DNA of 64,000 nt, taken from contig JAALLF010000001.1 in assembly GCA_011087645.1 (NCBI GenBank), forward strand, positions 143,687-207,686, given 5' to 3'. Made by a program: the position numbers and the translations under genes. A model generated the notes under the pieces. That model saw nothing but the letters and a program-made list of their open reading frames with translations. It did no database searches and was not told the origin of the DNA. Of this stretch, positions 56,802 to 64,000 are shown piece by piece; the first letter of the stretch is position 1; each line of letters begins with the position of its first letter. This DNA comes from Alphaproteobacteria bacterium. Lineage in GTDB: Bacteria > Pseudomonadota > Alphaproteobacteria > UBA6615.

Positions 56802-57419
56802 ATGGCCGCGCTTGATTTAGCCTCGATTGACTCCGCTTCGGCGAGCCACGACCCGTTCGATTACGTCATCGTACCCGGCGTTATTTCCAGCGATGTCTTA
56901 CCGGCGATTCACCAAGACTTTCCCAAAATCGACAAGCCGGGCAGTTACCCGGTGTCGCAGCTCGACTATGGACCGCGCTTCGACGCACTGCTCGATGAAT
57001 TGCGGTCTGCCCCATTCGCCGAACGGGTCGGCGCCAAATTAGGCATCGAGCTGACCGGCCGGCCAACGATGATCACCGTGCGCGGCCAGTGCCGCGCCAC
57101 CGATGGTAAGATACATACCGATTCTGCTGGCAAGCTGGTCACCGTCCTGCTGTACCTCAACCCGTCCTGGGAGGCGCCGGGCGGCCAGTTGCGCCTGCTG
57201 CACAACGACCATGACCTGGAAAATTATGCCGCCGAGGTGCCCCCGCAAGAGGGCACTATGGTCGCCTTCACCTGCCGCCCCGACGCTTGGCACGGTCACC
57301 ACAGTTTCGAGGGCCAGCGCCGTACGATCCAGCTAAACTGGGTGCGCAGCCGGGGTTATAAAATGCGCGAACAGGTACGCCATGGCCTATCGGCCAGTTT
57401 GAAGAAAATAACCGGCTAA
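56802..57419 (+). CDS. 2OG-Fe(II) oxygenase
   Basis: IHTD (HxD), TVLLYLN, GGQLRL, WHGH, RRTIQLNW. Confidence 0.85.
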   Translation: MAALDLASIDSASASHDPFDYVIVPGVISSDVLPAIHQDFPKIDKPGSYPVSQLDYGPRFDALLDELRSAPFAERVGAKLGIELTGRPTMITVRGQCRATDGKIHTDSAGKLVTVLLYLNPSWEAPGGQLRLLHNDHDLENYAAEVPPQEGTMVAFTCRPDAWHGHHSFEGQRRTIQLNWVRSRGYKMREQVRHGLSASLKKITG

Positions 57420-57442
57420 GCTGGACGACGGAGGTTACGGCC

Positions 57443-59431
57443 ATCGCGCTCAATATCGACACATTTTCCAATATCTCGGGCGGCTTTCCGTTCTTCAAGG
57501 CCGTGGGTCATCCCGCCGCCGCGCCGAAAGTGCGCGACCTGCTCACACGTTTAGCCGGGCGCGGTTCGGTGGCGGTCTACGATCCCACGGGCTTTGCGAC
57601 AGCGTTCGCCGAGATCTATCCGCTGGCCGACCTCGATATTGCCCACGTCTATGTGCAGGACCTGGCGGCGCTGGGCCAACAGATCCTCGGCCGCGCGACC
57701 CAGCCGGTGACCGATCTGGCCGCCGCCGAAGTCCCGTCGCTGCTGGTAGTCGCCTTCGACGCCGACAAAATCGTGCGCGACATCGCCCACCTGGTGCCGC
57801 CAGGCACCGAAATTGCGACCCTCGACGAGGTTCGCCTCGACGAGAACCGGCTGACCAACCCGCGGCGCTACCTCGACCCGCTCAATTTCGCCACAAACTT
57901 CGCCTGGTTCCGCGATGCGCCGGATAGCCGCGGCGGGCATCTGCACACAAGGGTGGCGACGGCCAATTATTGGCACCGCTATGGCGCCCACGACGTCACT
58001 CTATGGCTCACCTTGCTCGACGAGACCGGGGCGCCGGTCGCCGAATGGGAGCAGGCGCTGCCCGACTCTCCGGCCGGGGTTACCATCGACAGCGTCGCGA
58101 TCCGCCAGCGCTTCGGCCTCGGCGATTTCACCGGCCAGTTGCTGATCCACGCCGTTGGCGTCGCCGGCCACGACATCGTCAAATATGCCCTCGACACGTT
58201 CGGCGACGATGCGAGGGACCTTTCCTGCACCCACGACGCCAACGCTTGGCCGGCGGATTTTTATGCCGGCCTGCCGGCGCCCCAAGCCGATGAACGGGTG
58301 GTGCTGTGGATCCAGAACAGCCATCCCTGCCCGATCCCCGCCGACACCGTCGGGCTCAATGTTATGGGCGACGATAAAGGCGCGGTCTTTCTCAACGCCG
58401 AAATTCCGCCCTTCGCGACCCATGCGCTGAATGTCGCGCAACTGCTGCCCGAGACCCAATGGCCGCAACAACTCGAAGTGCGCGCCGGCAAGCATTTCGT
58501 GCGGCCGCGCTACGAGATCGAGAGGACGACGGATGACGGCGGCAGCCAACGGCGCATGGCCCACGCCAATGTGGAGCGCACCGATCTGGAGCCGGACCCG
58601 CAGATCGCCGAAATCGGCAACCTCATGGGCAAGGGCTTCCTGCTACCCGCGCCGGTGCTGCCGCCCGAGCGTTACCGCTCGATCCTACTACCGACGCCGA
58701 TGGCGACGACCCAACAGACCCTGCCGGTTGCGGCCCTGGTTTACGACGCGCAAGGCCGCGAGGTTGCTCGCCACGATTTCGGTGAACTGGTCCGCACCGA
58801 CAGCGTGGCCATCGACGCGGAGCAAATCGGCGGCGGCGCGCTCAACGGCGACGCCGGACATATGGAGCTAGTCTACGACTTCCCCGCCGCAACGCGCGGC
58901 GTCGATGGCTGGCTGCACGCGCTGTTCCGCTATGAAGACCGGGTGACCGGCCACGCCGCGGAATCGAGCTTCGGCGCCCATATTTTCAATACCGTGCTGA
59001 CCTGGAAGGGCGAGCCGCAGTCCTATACCGGCAACCCGCCGGGCCTGTCGACGCGCCTGTTCCTGCGCACCGCGCCCAGCATGGCGGTCCCCGGCGCGGC
59101 GACCAAGGGCGACGGCGACGACACATTCTGCCATTTGATCTACCCGGCCTCGACGCCGTGGCACGGCGCCTCGCAGACCAACCTCACCCTGCACGCCGGC
59201 GACGGTAGCGAAGTGGCGACCCGCACCGTCAATATCGCGTGTGGCGGCTCGCTCTATTGGCGCTTGTCCGACATGTTCGACAAAGCCGAGCGCCAACGCG
59301 CCGCCGAACCGGGCCCGGTGGGCGGCGGCTATGTGCTGATCCGCGATACCACCTGCCGCCTATTCGGCTATCATGGCCTGATCGCCGCCGACGGCGCGGC
59401 GTTCAGCTTGGACCATATGTTCGGATTTTAG
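57443..59431 (+). CDS. Large hypothetical protein; start possibly non-canonical ATC 57443 (first canonical start GTG 57503)
   Basis: Long ORF with host codon usage; GGAGG 8 nt before in-frame ATC GCG CTC; ends SLDHMFGF. Confidence 0.75.
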   Translation: MALNIDTFSNISGGFPFFKAVGHPAAAPKVRDLLTRLAGRGSVAVYDPTGFATAFAEIYPLADLDIAHVYVQDLAALGQQILGRATQPVTDLAAAEVPSLLVVAFDADKIVRDIAHLVPPGTEIATLDEVRLDENRLTNPRRYLDPLNFATNFAWFRDAPDSRGGHLHTRVATANYWHRYGAHDVTLWLTLLDETGAPVAEWEQALPDSPAGVTIDSVAIRQRFGLGDFTGQLLIHAVGVAGHDIVKYALDTFGDDARDLSCTHDANAWPADFYAGLPAPQADERVVLWIQNSHPCPIPADTVGLNVMGDDKGAVFLNAEIPPFATHALNVAQLLPETQWPQQLEVRAGKHFVRPRYEIERTTDDGGSQRRMAHANVERTDLEPDPQIAEIGNLMGKGFLLPAPVLPPERYRSILLPTPMATTQQTLPVAALVYDAQGREVARHDFGELVRTDSVAIDAEQIGGGALNGDAGHMELVYDFPAATRGVDGWLHALFRYEDRVTGHAAESSFGAHIFNTVLTWKGEPQSYTGNPPGLSTRLFLRTAPSMAVPGAATKGDGDDTFCHLIYPASTPWHGASQTNLTLHAGDGSEVATRTVNIACGGSLYWRLSDMFDKAERQRAAEPGPVGGGYVLIRDTTCRLFGYHGLIAADGAAFSLDHMFGF

Positions 59432-59449
59432 GGTAGAGGGAGAGAGGTC

Positions 59450-60181
59450 ATGGGCGAAAAAGAATCGACGATCGCCACCGCCGACGGCGAGATGTACGCG
59501 TTTTCCGCCTGGCCCGACGATGACGGGCCGCACCCGGTTGTGGTGATGTATATGGACGCGCCGGGCATCCGCGAGGAGCTGCGTAACTTCGCCCGCCGCA
59601 TCGCCGCCCAGGGTTATTACGCGCTGCTGCCTGATCTGTACTACCGGCTGGGCGACATCCGCTTTAACCTAAAAAATCGCAACGAGAAGATGGGCGAGAT
59701 GATCTTCGCCGCCTGGCATAGTCTGAGCAATGCCGGGGTGGCCAGCGACACCGCGGCGATGCTCGATTTTCTAGGGTCTGAAACCGCCGCGTCCGACGGT
59801 CCCATGGGCTGCGTCGGCTATTGCATGAGCGGCGCCTACATAGTCACCGTGGCCGGCACCTACCCCGATCGCTTTGCCGCCAACGCCTCGCTCTACGGGG
59901 TGTGGATCGTCACCGAGCACGACGATTCGCCCCATCTGCTGGCCGGCAAAATTCAGGGCGAGATGTATCTCGCCTTCGCCGAGCACGACCATTGGGTGCC
60001 CGACAATGTCATTCCAGATCTCACCGCCGCCTTCGACGCCAACGGCATTACTCATGAGATCGAGACCTATCCCGGCACCGAGCACGGCTACGCCTTCCCC
60101 GAGCGCGACATGTATAACGAGGCCGCCGCCGAGGCGACCTGGGAGAAGATGTTCGCGCTCTATGCCCGCACGCTGGGGTAG
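59450..60181 (+). CDS. Dienelactone hydrolase family protein
   Basis: MDAPGIR, PDLYYR, VGYCMSG nucleophile elbow, YPGTEHGYAF. Confidence 0.92.
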   Translation: MGEKESTIATADGEMYAFSAWPDDDGPHPVVVMYMDAPGIREELRNFARRIAAQGYYALLPDLYYRLGDIRFNLKNRNEKMGEMIFAAWHSLSNAGVASDTAAMLDFLGSETAASDGPMGCVGYCMSGAYIVTVAGTYPDRFAANASLYGVWIVTEHDDSPHLLAGKIQGEMYLAFAEHDHWVPDNVIPDLTAAFDANGITHEIETYPGTEHGYAFPERDMYNEAAAEATWEKMFALYARTLG

Positions 60182-60251
60182 AGGCTCGCCTCCCTCTTAA
60201 ACGGCCTTTAAACGCTGACGTTTACAACGTACCTTTAATTACGCTATAAAT

Positions 60252-60266
60252 GTTCTTGTTTTGTTC
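60252..60266 (+). promoter_or_regulatory. Alphaproteobacterial LexA (SOS) box
   Basis: GTTC-TTGTTTT-GTTC, an exact GTTC-N7-GTTC, just after a TTTACA-N18-TATAAA promoter-like pair and 11 nt before the DUF5131 ATG. Confidence 0.75.
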
Positions 60267-60277
60267 TGGATTGAAAT

Positions 60278-61048
60278 ATGGCCGACAAATCATCTATCGA
60301 ATGGACAAACGCGACGTGGAACCCGGTTACGGGCTGCACAAAGATTAGCGCGGGCTGCGATAATTGTTACGCAGAGCGCTTTGCTGAGAGATTTCGCGGG
60401 GTACCGGATCATCCGTTCGAAACCGGGTTCGACCTTACACTTCGACCGGATCGGCTTAAGCAGCCGCTGAGCTGGAAGCAACATCGGATGATCTTTGTGA
60501 ATTCGATGAGCGACCTGTTCCATAAGGGCGTGAGCAACGATTTTATCGATCAAGTATTCGATACGATGGAAGAGGCGCACCATCACACGTTTCAGATTTT
60601 GACCAAGCGCAGTTCAAGAATGCGCAATTACGTCGACGCACGGTACGGCGACGACACCGCGCCGCGACATATCTGGCTGGGGACGTCGGTTGAGGACGGA
60701 ACCAAGAAATCGCGAATTCGGCACATTCAAAGAATGGCTGCGACGGTTCGGTTTCTCTCCATCGAACCTCTGATCGGTCCGGTCGGAGAGCTTGATCTCG
60801 ACGGCATCCATTGGGTCATTGTTGGCGGCGAAAGCGGTCCACGCGCACGTCCTATTGATCCTGAATGGGTCCGCGATATTCGCGATCAATGCCAGGAAAC
60901 CAATGTGGCCTTCTTCTTCAAGCAGTGGGGCGGATTTCGGCCGAAGTCGGGAGGACGGATGCTGGATGGCCAGGAATGGAGCGAGTTTCCGACACTGATT
61001 GATTCGCCTTCATCTCAGTCTGTTTTCATAACGAACCCAGGTGAATGA
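60278..61048 (+). CDS. DUF5131 (phage Gp37/Gp68-like) three-Cys Fe-S/radical-SAM-like protein
   Basis: SSIEWTNATWNPVTGCTKISAGCDNCYAE (Cx6Cx2C), FVNSMSDLFH, QILTKR, FLSIEPL, WVIVGGESG, FFFKQWGG. Confidence 0.92.
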   Translation: MADKSSIEWTNATWNPVTGCTKISAGCDNCYAERFAERFRGVPDHPFETGFDLTLRPDRLKQPLSWKQHRMIFVNSMSDLFHKGVSNDFIDQVFDTMEEAHHHTFQILTKRSSRMRNYVDARYGDDTAPRHIWLGTSVEDGTKKSRIRHIQRMAATVRFLSIEPLIGPVGELDLDGIHWVIVGGESGPRARPIDPEWVRDIRDQCQETNVAFFFKQWGGFRPKSGGRMLDGQEWSEFPTLIDSPSSQSVFITNPGE

Positions 61049-61965
61049 CGAGTTATAAGCAAGACGGAACTGTCGGGCCATGGGCCCACGAAAAGCTGGA
61101 TTGCTTGGGCAAATACTTGGCCGCGTATACGACTGTCCTCCGCAAAAGATCTTGGTGTGAAGGTTATTTCTACATTGATGCATTTGCCGGTGCCGGAAAG
61201 GCCCCATTAAGAAAAGAACAGGCTGGCACACCTGCCGAGCGGCAGGTTCAACAAGCTATATTCGAAGACTTGGTGCAAAGTGCCGACGATAACGACAAGT
61301 CAACTTATGTCGAAGGGTCGCCATACGTGGCGCTCGACATTCCACACCCATTCACTCGCTACTATTTCATAGATTTGAATTCCGAACTTACTTCGAAATT
61401 GAACTCAATAGCCGATGAATATGGAGACACACGCGACATTCGCATACTTCCAGCTGACGCCAATCATGCGATCACCGAAAATATTCTAGGAGATACCAGC
61501 ATAAACTGGCGCAAAAACCGCGCGGTAATATTTCTCGACCCATTCGGCATGCAAGTGAAGTGGGACACCATAGCAAAAATCGCGACCACTAACGCGATTG
61601 AGATCATCGTCAATCTTCCCGTGGGAATGGCTATTCAGCGATTGTTGGCTCGTTCGGGCGAGATAAGCGAGGCTCGTCGTAATACTCTTAATGAATATTT
61701 CGGAACGGACGAATGGGAAAATATCGTCTATGAACAATCTACCGACTTATTTGGCGACCGCGTCGACAAGGTGGAAAACTCAGGACATAGGCTCGCGCGT
61801 TGGTACCAAGGTCGCCTGAAGGAGGCATTCGGATACGCCTCACCGGCGAGACTAATTAGAAACTCTCAACGCGGTCATCTGTATTACTTGTTATGGGCTG
61901 GTCCAAATAAGACAGGTGCTAAGATCGCCACACACGTATTGAGCCAAGGCGAAGCGATCGATTAG
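61045..61965 (+). CDS. tcmP: Three-Cys-motif partner protein (TcmP-like, methyltransferase-like fold)
   Basis: GPWAHEKLDCL..YL, YIDAFAGAG, VEGSP, FLDPFGM, YFGT, YYLL; ATGA overlap with the DUF5131 gene. Confidence 0.85.
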   Translation: MTSYKQDGTVGPWAHEKLDCLGKYLAAYTTVLRKRSWCEGYFYIDAFAGAGKAPLRKEQAGTPAERQVQQAIFEDLVQSADDNDKSTYVEGSPYVALDIPHPFTRYYFIDLNSELTSKLNSIADEYGDTRDIRILPADANHAITENILGDTSINWRKNRAVIFLDPFGMQVKWDTIAKIATTNAIEIIVNLPVGMAIQRLLARSGEISEARRNTLNEYFGTDEWENIVYEQSTDLFGDRVDKVENSGHRLARWYQGRLKEAFGYASPARLIRNSQRGHLYYLLWAGPNKTGAKIATHVLSQGEAID

Positions 61966-62032
61966 AACCCTTGCGTCTCGCCCGGTCGGCTGAAACAATT
62001 CTAAAAATAATAGTTCAGGGGGAGTTACCATC

Positions 62033-63142
62033 ATGGATACCCGCGCCGCGGTCGCGCATGAAGCCGGCCAACCGCTTGCCATCGAAACCGTACAGCTCGA
62101 CGGGCCGAAAGCCGGCGAAGTGCTGGTCGAGATCAAGGCCACCGGCATCTGTCATACCGACGAATTCACGCTCTCGGGCGCCGATCCGGAGGGGCTGTTC
62201 CCGTCCGTCCTCGGCCATGAGGGCGCCGGCGTGGTGGTCGATGTGGGGCCCGGGGTCAACAGCCTCAAGCCCGGCGACCATGTCATTCCGCTCTACACGC
62301 CGGAATGCCGCACTTGCGACTATTGTTTAAGCGGCAAGACCAATCTCTGCCAGTCGATCCGCGAGACCCAGGGCCAGGGCGTCATGCCCGACGGCTCATC
62401 GCGTTTCTCGCTCGGCGGCGATCCGCTGTTCCACTATATGGGCACCTCGACCTTCTCCAACTTCACCGTCTTGCCCGAGATCGCGGCGGCAAAAATTCGC
62501 GAGGACGCGCCGTTCGAGAAGGTCTGCTACATCGGCTGCGGCGTCACCACCGGCCTCGGCGCGGTGATCAACACGGCCAAGGTCCAGCCCGGCGAGAATG
62601 TGGTGGTGTTCGGGCTCGGCGGCATCGGCCTCAACGTCATTCAGGGCGCACGGCTAGTCGGCGCCGATATGATCGTCGGCGTTGATTTAAACCCGGAGCG
62701 CCGCGCCATCGCCGAAAAATTCGGCATGACCCATTTCGTCAATCCAAAAGAGGTCGACGGCGACCTGGTGGCCTACTTGGTCGATTTGACCAAGGGCGGC
62801 GCCGACCATTCGTTCGAGTGCATCGGCAACGTGGAAGTGATGCGCCAAGCATTGGAATGCTGTCACAAGGGATGGGGCAAATCGACCATCATCGGCGTTG
62901 CCCCGGCGGGTGCCGAGATCGCCACCCGGCCGTTCCAATTGGTCACCGGACGGGTCTGGCAAGGCACCGCGTTCGGCGGCGCAAAAGGCCGCACCGACGT
63001 ACCGAAAATCGTCGATTGGTATATGGACGGCAAGATCAATATCGACGATCTGATCACCCATGTGATGCCGTTGGACGAGATCAACAACGCCTTCGACTTG
63101 ATGCACAAGGGCGAATCGATCCGCAGCGTGGTGACGTTCTAA
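62033..63142 (+). CDS. frmA: S-(hydroxymethyl)glutathione dehydrogenase / class III alcohol dehydrogenase
   Basis: [23 protein letters not shown]......[13 protein letters not shown]. Confidence 0.97.
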   Translation: MDTRAAVAHEAGQPLAIETVQLDGPKAGEVLVEIKATGICHTDEFTLSGADPEGLFPSVLGHEGAGVVVDVGPGVNSLKPGDHVIPLYTPECRTCDYCLSGKTNLCQSIRETQGQGVMPDGSSRFSLGGDPLFHYMGTSTFSNFTVLPEIAAAKIREDAPFEKVCYIGCGVTTGLGAVINTAKVQPGENVVVFGLGGIGLNVIQGARLVGADMIVGVDLNPERRAIAEKFGMTHFVNPKEVDGDLVAYLVDLTKGGADHSFECIGNVEVMRQALECCHKGWGKSTIIGVAPAGAEIATRPFQLVTGRVWQGTAFGGAKGRTDVPKIVDWYMDGKINIDDLITHVMPLDEINNAFDLMHKGESIRSVVTF

Positions 63143-63289
63143 ATCATTCAAACACTTGTGACGGATAGCGCCAGTCTTGCCTCGCGGCAATGGCCCGACT
63201 ATCTAAAGACGAACGAAAACATTTCGGTCCCCTAGCCGTCTCGGCCGGGTAGACCGTGATTACCCGCAAATCCCCAGGAACCCCGTGAT

Positions 63290-64000
63290 ATGTCCGAAAC
63301 CCACCATTCGAAAGTTCTCATCGTCGGCTCCGGCGCCGCCGGTTGCACCGCCGCGGTCTACGCTGCGCGCGCCAATTTGAAGCCGACCATGATCCACGGC
63401 ATGCAGCCTGGCGGTCAGCTCACCATCACCACCGATGTGGAAAATTATCCCGGCTTCGCCGATGCGATCCAGGGACCCTGGCTAATGGAGCAGATGGAAG
63501 CCCAGGCGGAAAATGTCGGCACCGAGATCGTCAACGATGTGGTGGTGAATATCGACTTCAGCACCCGCCCCTTCAAATGTGAATGCGATTCCGGCGACGT
63601 CTATACTGGCGACACTCTGATCATCACCACCGGCGCGTCGGCGCGCTGGCTAGGCTTGGAGTCCGAACAGAAGTTCAGCGGCTTCGGGGTATCGGCCTGC
63701 GCCACCTGCGACGGATTTTTCTACCGGGACAAACCGGTGATGGTGGTCGGCGGCGGCAACACGGCGGTCGAGGAAGCGCTGTTCCTGACCAATTTCGCCA
63801 CCAAGGTGACGGTGGTGCACCGGCGCGACGAATTTCGCGCGGAAAAAATCATGCAAGACCGCCTATTCCGCAACGAGAAGATCGAAGTGGTCTGGGACTC
63901 GGTGTTGGAAGAAGCGGTGGGTACCGATAACCCGCCGGGGGTCACCGGCGCGCGTATCCGCAACGTCAAAACCGACGAGATCACGGAAGTCCCGGTCGAC
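63290..64000 (+). CDS. trxB: Thioredoxin reductase (truncated by the window end; absent from the ORF track)
   Basis: MSETHHSKVLIVGSGAAG, QPGGQLTITTDVENYPG, SACATCDGFF, GGGNTAVEEA, HRRDEFRA. Confidence 0.96.
   Translation, partial: MSETHHSKVLIVGSGAAGCTAAVYAARANLKPTMIHGMQPGGQLTITTDVENYPGFADAIQGPWLMEQMEAQAENVGTEIVNDVVVNIDFSTRPFKCECDSGDVYTGDTLIITTGASARWLGLESEQKFSGFGVSACATCDGFFYRDKPVMVVGGGNTAVEEALFLTNFATKVTVVHRRDEFRAEKIMQDRLFRNEKIEVVWDSVLEEAVGTDNPPGVTGARIRNVKTDEITEVPVD

Overview
High-GC chromosomal segment from an alphaproteobacterium, Rhodospirillales-like by gene order and protein style. The core genes are recN (3' end), ligA, aminopeptidase P, prmA, uvrD, a sahR-metF-split metH operon, mlaA/mlaC, ettA, a queA-queF-queG cluster with a divergent yhhQ-type transporter, tRNA(CAT), rpoD-dnaG-yqeY, carAB-greA, frmA and trxB (5' part). 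Two accessory modules stand out. (1) At 30.1-37.6 kb is a minus-strand ECF-sigma module: Tat-exported ferritin-like protein, cytochrome c, ECF sigma, two tandem soluble cupin anti-sigma paralogs, DUF4331, TPR protein and HupE/UreJ-like protein. It has two matching candidate ECF promoters (TGCATCY-N16-CGTAA) and predicted N-terminal His metal-binding motifs. (2) At 60.2-62.0 kb is an AT-richer DUF5131 (Cx6Cx2C) + TcmP gene pair with an exact alphaproteobacterial LexA box (GTTC-N7-GTTC) just upstream, suggesting a DNA-damage-inducible system. Also visible are candidate SahR, CtrA and TetR operators, two REP-like palindrome families and a possible ATC start codon. I saw no CRISPR array, integrase, transposase or rRNA. 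All family calls come from motif recognition by eye; no searches were run.
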